A stretch of DNA of 64,000 bases from a bacterium (lineage in GTDB: Bacteria > UBA8248). The stretch covers positions 1,600,001 through 1,664,000 of the forward strand of contig OZ241326.1 of the NCBI GenBank assembly GCA_965199855.1, in the 5' to 3' direction. Below are positions 28,535 to 37,140 of the stretch, in pieces (the stretch's first letter is position 1; every line of letters begins with the position of its first letter). The position numbers and the translations under genes were made by a program. Under the pieces are notes generated by a model. That model saw only the letters and a list, made by a program, of their open reading frames with translations, had not been told where the DNA came from and ran no database searches.

Positions 28535-28609
28535 TGGTGACCCCTAGGGGACTCGAACCCCTGTTACCGGCGTGAGAGGCCGGTGTCCTGACCGCTAGAC
28601 GAAGGGGCC
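28535..28609 (-). tRNA. tRNA-Glu (anticodon CTC)
   Basis: The reverse complement GGCCCCTTCGTCTAGCGGTCAGGACACCGGCCTCTCACGCCGGTAACAGGGGTTCGAGTCCCCTAGGGGTCACCA folds as a cloverleaf with a GTTCGA T-loop and encoded CCA. Confidence 0.97.
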
Positions 28610-28718
28610 GTGAAGCGGCGTCTCTCTTCCTCGCGCCCCCCGGATGCGGCGTCGGGATGGCGAGAGAAGGAAGGGTAGCCGCGCCGGTTTTTCCCGTCAA
28701 GCGGCGGCGCGGCGCACT

Positions 28719-29972
28719 TCAGCGAAACGAGCAGGGCGGCAGGGTCTGCCGCGAGGCGAACGCGCGTCGTTTCCGCCTGTATTGCAGACCGAGCTCGAGT
28801 TGCGCGGCGAAGACGGGCTCCGGCCCCAGGCGCTTGCCGCGCAGCGCGAGCCAGCCCGCCGTCGATTTGCGAATGCGTCCCAAGCGCGCCAGATCCCTGA
28901 AATCCCGAATGCGCGCCTTTCTCCTGACTTCGACGACGCGCTTCGCCCACGTGGGGCCGATTCCCGGCACGCGCATGAGGTCCCGGGGGTCGGCGGTCAT
29001 GATTTCCACCGGAAATTTCGAGATGTTTTTCCTCGCCCACGCCGTTTTCGGGTCCTCATCGAGGGGCAGGTTGCCCTGCGAGGAGGGAATTTCCTCCAGC
29101 CCGAACCCGTATTCGCGCAGAAGGCGCTCCGCCTGGTAGAGGCGATGCTCGCGCGTCTTGGAGACGGGGGAGAGGCCATCCATCGGCGTGTCCGCCACCG
29201 GCCTGAAGGCGCTGAAATGCGCGTGGCGCAGGAATCCCTCCTTGTGGAGCGCGTGGGAGGCGGTGAGGACGTCCATGTCGCTCTCCCCGCTCGCGCCCAC
29301 GATGAACTGCGTCGTCACCCCGCCGGCGAGGAGGCCGGTTTTCCCCAGAGCCGCCTCGCGCGCCATTTTGCCCACGTATCGCAGGGCGGGTCTGAGGTCG
29401 CCGGCCAGATTCTTCTCGGGCGCCATCGCGTGGAGGCCGCTCCGGGTGGCGGCTTCGAGGTTCACCGAAAGCCGCGTGGCCACCTGGGCGGCGCGGGCGA
29501 GCTGGGCGTTCTCCGCCTCCGGCAGCATTTTGAGGTGGATGTAGCCGTCGAAGCGGTGTTTGAAGCGCAGGATCTCGGCCGTCGCTATCATCCTGTCCAC
29601 GCCCGCGACGCCGCTGCCCGGAATCCCGCTGGTGAGAAAAAGCCCCTGGGCGCGGCCTCTTTTCCTGAGCGCCATGAAGGCGTCGGCCAGCTCATCGGGG
29701 CCGAAAGCGTAGCGCGGCATGTCGCGCGAGGCGCGCATGGGGCAGTAACGGCAGTCGTAGCTGCAGGCGTTGGTCATCATGGTGGAGAGCAGCGGCATGA
29801 CGCGACCGCCGGAGAAGGGGACGGGAAATATCGCCGGCGTGTCCGCGCCCCGGAATTTTCGCCCGTATTTCCGCCGCCACCGCAGCGAGCCGGGCGGGCC
29901 TTCCCTGTCGTCAAAGGATTGTCCGCCCAGAATCGCCAGTTTCCGGAGGGTATTCTCTGTCACCATCGTCAT
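28719..29972 (-). CDS. Putative DNA modification/repair radical SAM protein (TIGR03916-like) with C-terminal HhH
   Basis: TNACSYDCRYC, GLFLTSG, YIHLK, RLSVNLE, REHRLYQA and RVPGIGP (HhH) motifs. Confidence 0.88.
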   Translation of the reverse strand: MTMVTENTLRKLAILGGQSFDDREGPPGSLRWRRKYGRKFRGADTPAIFPVPFSGGRVMPLLSTMMTNACSYDCRYCPMRASRDMPRYAFGPDELADAFMALRKRGRAQGLFLTSGIPGSGVAGVDRMIATAEILRFKHRFDGYIHLKMLPEAENAQLARAAQVATRLSVNLEAATRSGLHAMAPEKNLAGDLRPALRYVGKMAREAALGKTGLLAGGVTTQFIVGASGESDMDVLTASHALHKEGFLRHAHFSAFRPVADTPMDGLSPVSKTREHRLYQAERLLREYGFGLEEIPSSQGNLPLDEDPKTAWARKNISKFPVEIMTADPRDLMRVPGIGPTWAKRVVEVRRKARIRDFRDLARLGRIRKSTAGWLALRGKRLGPEPVFAAQLELGLQYRRKRRAFASRQTLPPCSFR

Positions 29973-30348
29973 TCTCCCTTTCGTTTGAGCTGGAAAAGGA
30001 GAAATTTATACGAAAATAAAACGAAAATCAATGTGTTTTTTTCTGAAATGCTCGACGCGTTCATATACCGATGAGCGGGTTATGTTCAGTAAATTGTTTC
30101 AGAATGGGGAAAATGGCGGGTGAATTCTCAAGGAAAGACGCGGCTTTTGGCGGGGTTCCGCGAATGAGGATCGTAGCGCGGTCGCGCAGTCCGGGAACCG
30201 GGCGTCAAGCCGAAGTGAAAAACAGTATCGGGCAATGGAGCCCGGCTTTTGCGCGAAGACTTGGCCGCTATCCGGCAGGGATGCGTTCTTACGCCTTTTC
30301 GGAGGCTTGAAGCCGGTCGCGCGGGTTGCTTTCGGTGGAGGCGCGTAT

Positions 30349-31614
30349 TCAGCTGCCGACTTTTTGCGGAGCATTCCCGCGCCAGGAGGCGCGCGCTTGT
30401 TTGAAGGCGTCGATGTCCGGCGGAATCCTTTGGGGGCTCCCCAGAGCCTCGCTCGCCACTTCCGCCGCGTTTTTTCCCGTGCCGGTACCGATGCAGACAA
30501 TGGTTTCATCGGCGTGAGGCTTTTCGGGCCGCTCGGCGTTCGCCATCAGACTCGCCACGGAGGCCGCCGAGGCGGGCTGGAGGAACAGCCCCTCGCTTCT
30601 GGCGATGAGAAACTCCGCTTCGAGGTTGAGCGCGTCCGTCACCAGCACGCCGTGGCCCCCGGAGGCGCGCGCGGCATCGGCCACGCGGTCGCCCGCGTCC
30701 GGAGAGGGACTCGTGAGGCCGGCCGACTTCGTCCGCACTTCGCCCCAGGGCGAGACCTTCCCGCCCGCGCGCAGGGCCTTGACGATGGGCGCGCAGCCAT
30801 CCACCTGCACGACGTCGATGGCCGGCGTCTTCTCTATCCAGCCCAGTGCCAGCAGCTCGCGGAAGCCCTGCTCCATGGCGAGGGCCATCGTGCCGCCCGC
30901 CGTGGGGCAGACGACGCGGTCGGGGGCGCGCCAGCCGAGTTTTTCGGCGATCTCGTAGGCCGCCGTCTTCTTCCCCTCGATTCTGTATAGATTCCGGGGA
31001 AGCGCGGCGTGCAGGCAGCCCAGCTCCTTCGACACCTCCTCGGCGAAGCGTCCGCCCACGCCCTGATCGCCCTCGACGATGAGCGTGAACGCCCCGTAGG
31101 CGCCCACCTGGAGGCAGTGGACGGCCGAGCTGTCCTCGCGCACGAAGCCGATGAATTCGACCCCGCCCCGCGCGCAGTAGGCGCTGAAGCACGCCGCCGC
31201 GTTGCCGGAGGAGGGCAGCGTGATCCGCTCCACGCCCACCTCCCTGCATTTGCTGATGGTGACGGAGCCGCCTCTGTCCTTGAACGATCCGGTGGGGTTT
31301 CTCGATTCGTCCAGGATGTAGAGGCTTTTGAACCCTAGCGCTTCGCCCAGTCTTTCGGCGTGGATGAGGGGGGTGTCGCCCTCCACGAGCGAGACCACGT
31401 TTTTCTCATCCCGCACGGGCAGCAGCTCGTGCCAGCGCCAGATGCCACGGGGCCTTCGGGCGATCTCCTCCCTGTCCACGCGAGCCCTCACCCATTCGAG
31501 GTCGTAGCTTCCCCGCAGGCTTCCGCCCGTATCGGGGCAGGTGAAGGGGTGCGCCATGTCGTCCACGACGCGGCCCGACTCGAGGCTCTCCAGCCCCGTC
31601 AGCGCGCTATACAA
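30349..31614 (-). CDS. Threonine synthase-like PLP enzyme
   Basis: GIWRWHELLPV, EGDTPL, NPTGSFKDR, SSGNAA and RIEGKKT motifs. Confidence 0.85.
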   Translation of the reverse strand: MYSALTGLESLESGRVVDDMAHPFTCPDTGGSLRGSYDLEWVRARVDREEIARRPRGIWRWHELLPVRDEKNVVSLVEGDTPLIHAERLGEALGFKSLYILDESRNPTGSFKDRGGSVTISKCREVGVERITLPSSGNAAACFSAYCARGGVEFIGFVREDSSAVHCLQVGAYGAFTLIVEGDQGVGGRFAEEVSKELGCLHAALPRNLYRIEGKKTAAYEIAEKLGWRAPDRVVCPTAGGTMALAMEQGFRELLALGWIEKTPAIDVVQVDGCAPIVKALRAGGKVSPWGEVRTKSAGLTSPSPDAGDRVADAARASGGHGVLVTDALNLEAEFLIARSEGLFLQPASAASVASLMANAERPEKPHADETIVCIGTGTGKNAAEVASEALGSPQRIPPDIDAFKQARASWRGNAPQKVGS

Positions 31615-31666
31615 GTGCGGCTCTCCTTTTTCTCGAGTCGGCGGGCCGGGCTTGCTTCCGGGAAGA

Positions 31667-33037
31667 TCAGGCGGCGCCCTCCGCCTTCATGGCCCGGACT
31701 CCGGCGCGGAAGGCGGCGAGCGTCTCCTCTATCACGTCGTCCGTGTGGCAGGTTCCCACCAAGGCGCGCGCGCCGTTGAAGTCCACCCCGTGAAGAATGA
31801 GCGCCTGCCGCAGGGAGCGGCTCTTACGCGGATTCTTGGAATCGAGGCGCCGCCATTCGATTCCGCTCACGTCCTGATCCTCTCCGCCGCGCGGCGGAGC
31901 GTCGGCGTCGAAGAAAATTTTCCAGTCGCTGTATTCGCCATAAACCCGCCAGGCCACCGCCTCTTGCGCGAGAATCTCGTTCATCCCGCATCGAAGCTTC
32001 CGCGCCTGCGCGTTCACCTCCTTCGCGGCTTCTCCGTCGGCGAGGGAGGAGAGCATGGCGACGCCCGCCGCCGCCGAGAGAGGATTGGCGTTGAAGGTGC
32101 CGTGATGGGCGATTTTCGTTCGCCGGTTCTCTTCGGGGTCGGCCTTGGTGGCGAGGCATTCCAGCGCGTCCGCGCGCCCGGCGACGGCCCCGCCCGGAAG
32201 GCCGCCCGACAGGATTTTGGCGAGGCTGGTGAGGTCCGGCGTCACCCCGAAGCGCGCCTGCGCCCCGCCCGGGGAGACGCGAAAGCCGCTCACCACCTCG
32301 TCGAAGACGAGCATCGCGCCCGCCTTGCGGGTCTCCTCCCGAAGTCCCGCAACGAAGTCCTTGTTCATCGGCACGGCGCCGAAATGCCCGCCGGTCGGCT
32401 CCAGGATGAGCGCGGCGACTTCGCTTGATGCGAGCGCCTCACGGACGGCGCCCATGTCGTTCGGCGGGCAGACTGTGACGAGGCTGGTCACCTCTTCCAG
32501 CTGTCCCGCTTCCGGCTCGTTCGAGTAGGGGGCGCGCACGCCGATCTCCAGCCCCTCGTGCCAGCCGTGGAAGTGGCCCGCGAACTTGACAACGCGCTTT
32601 TTGCCCGTGAAGGCGCGCGCGAGCCGGAGCGCCATGTGGGTGGCCTCCGTGCCCGAGGCGGTGAAGCGCACCCGCTCCGCGCTCGGCACCAGGCGGCTCA
32701 CCCATTCGCCCCATTCCACCTCCCGCTCGTGGCTCGCCCCGTGGTGCGTCCCCCGGAGGGCGGCCTCGCTCACGGCGTCCCGGACGCGGGGCGGGTTGTG
32801 CCCGAACAGCAGGGCGCCGTGGCCCATCCAGTAGTCGATGTAGCGGTTGCCGTCCACGTCCCACTTGAAGGCGCCCTCGGCGCGATCGATGTAGATGGGA
32901 AACGGCTGCATCCTGCGGTTGTCGTGCGTCACCCCGTCGGGAAAAACCCGCTTCGCCCGCTCAAAGAGGGCGCGGGAGGCGGGCAGCGATTCGGCGTAGG
33001 CGTCCGCGAGCTTGGGGGCGTCCGTCGGCTGCCGCAT
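31667..33037 (-). CDS. Class III aminotransferase (glutamate-1-semialdehyde aminomutase-like)
   Basis: WDVDGNRYIDY, SGTEAT, FDEVVSGFR, LAKILSGG and HHGTFNANP motifs. Confidence 0.88.
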   Translation of the reverse strand: MRQPTDAPKLADAYAESLPASRALFERAKRVFPDGVTHDNRRMQPFPIYIDRAEGAFKWDVDGNRYIDYWMGHGALLFGHNPPRVRDAVSEAALRGTHHGASHEREVEWGEWVSRLVPSAERVRFTASGTEATHMALRLARAFTGKKRVVKFAGHFHGWHEGLEIGVRAPYSNEPEAGQLEEVTSLVTVCPPNDMGAVREALASSEVAALILEPTGGHFGAVPMNKDFVAGLREETRKAGAMLVFDEVVSGFRVSPGGAQARFGVTPDLTSLAKILSGGLPGGAVAGRADALECLATKADPEENRRTKIAHHGTFNANPLSAAAGVAMLSSLADGEAAKEVNAQARKLRCGMNEILAQEAVAWRVYGEYSDWKIFFDADAPPRGGEDQDVSGIEWRRLDSKNPRKSRSLRQALILHGVDFNGARALVGTCHTDDVIEETLAAFRAGVRAMKAEGAA

Positions 33038-33253
33038 GAAAGTCTCCCGACCGAAAAGGATTTTTGTCGCGTTGGGTTTCGGCAACGCTACGCCCTGCTC
33101 CCGGCGGCGTCAAGGCGGAGCGGGGCGCGTTTTGGTCTCGCGGCGGAGAATTCCTCTGGCTGAATGCGGCTCCCCCTTGTCAAGAAGACCCTGCATTGTC
33201 CATGATGCGCCGCGTCGAAAGAGCGCCCTCACGCCCTCATCCTGGAGGTTTCC

Positions 33254-34192
33254 GTGCCCAGCTACGATCACGCGAAAGTATGGCTCAACGGAGAGATCGT
33301 GCCGCCCGAGGAGGCGAAGATCAGCGTTTTCAGCCAGGCCGTCCTCCGGGGGTCGAGCGTGTATGAGGGGATTCGCGCCTACTGGAGCGAGGAGCGGGGC
33401 AACCTGTTTCTCTGGAAGATGGAGCCGCACATCAAGCGGCTTTTCGATTCGATGAAGGTGATGCGGATGACCCCGCCCTATACGGCGGAAGAGTTCCAGG
33501 ACGCCGTGATCGAATGGATACGAGCGAACGAATTCCGGGAGGACGTCCACTTCCGGCTCAACGTGTATTTCGACGATTCGGGACCGCTCGACATGAAGGG
33601 CTACGCGGCCGAGGAAGTGGACGTCTGCGCCTTCATCAGCGGGGGGGCGAACAGCAACCGCAGGCGGCAGGAGCGGGGCGTGAACCTGTGCGTGAGCAGC
33701 TGGCGGCGGATTTCGGACGATTCCGCGCCGCCGCGCGTGAAGGCGTCGGCGAACTATCAGAACGGACGCCTCGCGGGGGTCGAAGCGCGGGTGAACGGGT
33801 ATGACGACGCCATCCTGCTGAACCGGAACGGCACGGTCGCCGAGGGCACGGGCACGTGCGTCATGATTCTGCGCGAGGGCAGGCTCATCACGCCGCCCGT
33901 GACGGATTCCATCCTGGAGAGCATCACGCGCTCGAGCGTGCTCGATATGTTCGAGAAGCGCATGGGCTCCGCGCCCGTGGAGCGGCCGGTGGATCGCACG
34001 GAAATCTACGTGGCCGATGAGGCGATGGTATGCGGCTCCGCCGCCGAGGTCGCCCCCGTCCTCTCGCTGGATCGCATCGAGATCGGGGACGGGAAGCCCG
34101 GAAAAATCACGCGCAGGCTTCAGGAGATTTTCTACGCCGCCGCCCGGGGAATGGACGAGGCGTACGAGAAGGACATCCTGCCGGTCTATTGA
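33254..34192 (+). CDS. Class IV aminotransferase (branched-chain, IlvE-like)
   Basis: YEGIRAY, KASANY, AEGTG, ILESITR and CGSAAEV motifs. Confidence 0.88.
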   Translation: MPSYDHAKVWLNGEIVPPEEAKISVFSQAVLRGSSVYEGIRAYWSEERGNLFLWKMEPHIKRLFDSMKVMRMTPPYTAEEFQDAVIEWIRANEFREDVHFRLNVYFDDSGPLDMKGYAAEEVDVCAFISGGANSNRRRQERGVNLCVSSWRRISDDSAPPRVKASANYQNGRLAGVEARVNGYDDAILLNRNGTVAEGTGTCVMILREGRLITPPVTDSILESITRSSVLDMFEKRMGSAPVERPVDRTEIYVADEAMVCGSAAEVAPVLSLDRIEIGDGKPGKITRRLQEIFYAAARGMDEAYEKDILPVY

Positions 34193-34260
34193 GGAAGAAG
34201 GGCGGGGCCGGCCCCGCCGCAACATATTTGCCCCACGCTAAACGGTTTTTTGCTTTTCGT

Positions 34261-34338
34261 CGTCATTGCGGCGAAGGCCGCAATCCAGCGTGGCGGGAAA
34301 TTCAACGTTTCTGGGTTCCGGCTTTCACCAGAATGACG
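34261..34338. repeat. REP-like palindromic element (CGTCATT...AATGACG type)
   Basis: CGTCATTGCGGCGAAGGCCGCAATCCAG...CTGGGTTCCGGCTTTCACCAGAATGACG has terminal inverted repeats, a perfect left internal hairpin and a degenerate right half. Confidence 0.7.
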
Positions 34339-34386
34339 GCCTCAGAGATTGGAGACCTCTCCACAAGAGGGCGCGGCCCACTGCAC

Positions 34387-34938
34387 CTAGAACGCCTTGA
34401 TCCCTTCCTCCATCTCTCTTGTCCATTCGACTTTCTTTACGCATTCACTATAGGTCGAAAGGAAAAAATTAACTGTTGCGCCCTTACGCGAAACACTGCC
34501 AATGAGCTGGATGGCCCTGACGTTTCCGACACCCCAGAATCCGAACTTCGTTGTCCATTGATACGCCCAAAAATTACTCCCCCCAAGCTGTCTCCCTTTC
34601 CCGTATTTTACGGCTGGCTGGTCGTGCATCCTTTTGATTTTGAGGCGCATATCAGACTCGTCAGAACCAGAAAAATTTGCTTCTCCTGTGATGGCGCATA
34701 TTCCAATTCCTTTCATATATTCAAGCTCATAAATTTGAAGCCACGGATGGGGTCGGGGGGGCGACGTGGAGCGCCACACATTTCCATATACTTTGCCCCC
34801 ACTGTCTTCACAGAATGCGTAATTTTCGGGGTGTTTGTCGATGTCGAAGCCGAACGGCAATTCTCCAGCGTGAGCCGGGAAAATCCCTGCCGCGCAAATC
34901 GCGCAAGCCGTCGTCAGTCCCAGACAAAATCGCTTCAT
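34387..34938 (-). CDS. Hypothetical secreted protein (AT-richer islet)
   Basis: Signal-peptide-like N-terminus ending AHA; GAGGA RBS; base composition visibly differs from the flanks. Confidence 0.65.
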   Translation of the reverse strand: MKRFCLGLTTACAICAAGIFPAHAGELPFGFDIDKHPENYAFCEDSGGKVYGNVWRSTSPPRPHPWLQIYELEYMKGIGICAITGEANFSGSDESDMRLKIKRMHDQPAVKYGKGRQLGGSNFWAYQWTTKFGFWGVGNVRAIQLIGSVSRKGATVNFFLSTYSECVKKVEWTREMEEGIKAF

Positions 34939-34971
34939 ACCCGTTGTCGGTTATCCTCCTCTGAAATTCGC

Positions 34972-36120
34972 TCAGCCGAGGCGGCGGAACACCTCGCCCA
35001 CGATTTTCATTCCTCTTTCAATCGTCTCCTCGTCCACCGAATAGGTGAAGCGCAGGTGGCCCTCGCCCGCCTCGCCGAATTCCGAGCCGCTGCGAACCGC
35101 CGCTCCGGCCTCCCAGATGCGCTTTCGCGCTTCGGTGGAGGAGATGGGGTATTCATACCGGCAGTATTGATAGAAGCCGCCCTGGGGCGGGATGGGAATC
35201 AGGCCGGGAATCTCCCGCGTCATCTCGTGGATGAGGCGGCCCCGCCCGTGGTATTCGCGCCCCATTTGCGCCACGCACTCCTGCGGGCCCCGAAGCGCCG
35301 CCGCGCCCGCGCGCTGGACGAAGGTGTTGATCGGCCCGTTGATGGAGCGGTGAACGCTGAACATCGGCTGGGCCAGATCTTCGGGCACGGCCATGAAGCC
35401 GAGACGCCAGCCGGTCATCGCGTAGGTTTTCGAGAAGGTGTCGAGGAGGATGAGGCGCTCCCCGTGTTCGGCGAACGAGAGCAGGGGGACGTGCTCGAAG
35501 CCGGGCTGGAGGATTTTCGCGTACGCCTCGTCCGAGACGACCATGAGGTCGTGGGCCGCGGCGAGTTCGACCAGAGCCGCCAGTTCCCCGCGCCGATAGA
35601 CCACGCCCGTGGGGTTGTTCGGATTGTTGAGGAGAATCAGGCGCGAGCGGGGGGTGATGGCGCGGCGAACGGCCTCTAAGTCGATTTGATAGTCCGCGTC
35701 GTGGGCCGCATGGACGGGAACGGCGCCTATCTGCCGCGCGACGTGTCCGTAGAGGGAAAACGTCGGATCCATCAGGATCGCCTCGTCCCCCGGGTTCAGG
35801 AAAGTCGTCATCACGGCGTAGATGCCCGAGCTCGCCCCGTTCGTGGCGATGATGGAGTCGGGCGCATACTTCGCTCCCGTTTCGCGTTCGATGCTCTCGC
35901 ATACGGCCTCAAGGAATTCAGGGTCTCCTTGGCCCGGAGCGTAGCCCGTAAGGCCCGCGTCGAGCGCTTCCTTGGCGGCTTCCGTGATGTGCGCGGGCGT
36001 GGGGAAGTCGGGCGTCCCGGAATCAAGGCGCGCCATGCTTGGCGGTCTTCTGGCCGTCATGTGGGAGGCGCGCTCCCCGCCCGAAGTAGCGGCGACCGTC
36101 CTGGCGATGCGTCGCTTCAT
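34972..36120 (-). CDS. Class I/II PLP-dependent aminotransferase
   Basis: GTPDF, NNPNNPTG, SDEAY and TFSKTYAMTGWRLG motifs; start ATG 36120 inferred. Confidence 0.92.
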   Translation of the reverse strand: MKRRIARTVAATSGGERASHMTARRPPSMARLDSGTPDFPTPAHITEAAKEALDAGLTGYAPGQGDPEFLEAVCESIERETGAKYAPDSIIATNGASSGIYAVMTTFLNPGDEAILMDPTFSLYGHVARQIGAVPVHAAHDADYQIDLEAVRRAITPRSRLILLNNPNNPTGVVYRRGELAALVELAAAHDLMVVSDEAYAKILQPGFEHVPLLSFAEHGERLILLDTFSKTYAMTGWRLGFMAVPEDLAQPMFSVHRSINGPINTFVQRAGAAALRGPQECVAQMGREYHGRGRLIHEMTREIPGLIPIPPQGGFYQYCRYEYPISSTEARKRIWEAGAAVRSGSEFGEAGEGHLRFTYSVDEETIERGMKIVGEVFRRLG

Positions 36121-36315
36121 GGCTTCTCCGAAAATGAAGCTGCAGGTCGTGAGAACGCGCGCGACAGGAAGCTGAATGACGCCCTCGGGCGCGATGCGTG
36201 AGGATGCCACAGCGAGCCTGCGGACGCCACCGGGAGGCGAGGCGGCGTTTTCGTCGTCCGGGGGGTTGTCCCTCCGCTCGCGTCGGGAGTGAATACCCCG
36301 AGCTCGCGGGGGGCG

Positions 36316-37101
36316 TCATGCGTCCCCGGGCGCCCAGGCGGGCGGGCGCTTCTCCCGCGCCGCCGCCATGCCCTCCTGCGGCTCCCCCGTTTTGAAGGAC
36401 GCCTCGAAGGCGTCGATGGAAGGCGGAATCGCGCTTTCCAGGTAGGCGCGCGTCCATTCCCGCAAGAGTTTCTTCTGGGCGCGGAGCGCCTCCGGGGCGG
36501 CTTGCAGAAACGCGGCCGCGGCCTGCCTCGTCGTCTCCTCCAGTTCGTCCGGCGGGCATATCCTCTGGATGATGCCCGCGCGATGCGCTTCTTTCGCGTC
36601 GAACGTCCTGCCGGTAAGCAGCATGTCCTGCGCGCGCCCAAGTCCGCAGAAGGGCAGGAAAAGCGCCGCCTCGATAACGGAGGGCACGCCGACCCGCACC
36701 TCGGGCATGGCGAACTTCGCGTCGTTTGCGGCGACGCGGAAATCCGCGCCCAGAATCAGCTCGAGCGCCCCGCCGAGGACGTATCCGTGGCATTTGCAGA
36801 GCGCGGGGTGCGGAAATTCGCGTAGGCCGCGGATGAGGGAGTGGAGATTCGAGATGAACGCCCGCGCGTTTTCCTGCGTCAAGGCGCCCATCTCCACCAC
36901 GTCGGCCCCGGCGGAGAAGGCCGCGCCCGCGCCCTCGATGACGAGGAGGCGCAGGCCCTCCGCGCGTCCGAGATCGGCCAGCGCCGATTTCGCCTGTTCG
37001 ATCAGCTCCGCGTTGAGGGCGTTTCTCTTCTCGGGGCGGTTCAGCGCGAGGGTGGCGACCGCGTCCTCGCGCCTCACGAGAACCAGGGGCTTCTTCGGCA
37101 T
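36316..37101 (-). CDS. Enoyl-CoA hydratase/isomerase family protein
   Basis: LNRPEKRNAL, FSAGAD, LGGALEL and MPEVRVG crotonase motifs. Confidence 0.9.
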   Translation of the reverse strand: MPKKPLVLVRREDAVATLALNRPEKRNALNAELIEQAKSALADLGRAEGLRLLVIEGAGAAFSAGADVVEMGALTQENARAFISNLHSLIRGLREFPHPALCKCHGYVLGGALELILGADFRVAANDAKFAMPEVRVGVPSVIEAALFLPFCGLGRAQDMLLTGRTFDAKEAHRAGIIQRICPPDELEETTRQAAAAFLQAAPEALRAQKKLLREWTRAYLESAIPPSIDAFEASFKTGEPQEGMAAAREKRPPAWAPGDA

Positions 37102-37140
37102 CGAACGCTCTCCTGGATGGCTCTGGGGGGAACTCAGGCG

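Noticed and set aside
26700-28609. tRNA-Glu as the integration site of an island
   Set aside because: No integrase was seen, I found no duplicate of the tRNA 3' end by eye, and the downstream genes have host-like composition.
30036-30348. Possible ncRNA in the long spacer
   Set aside because: No recognisable structure or family motif; an Rfam search would be needed.
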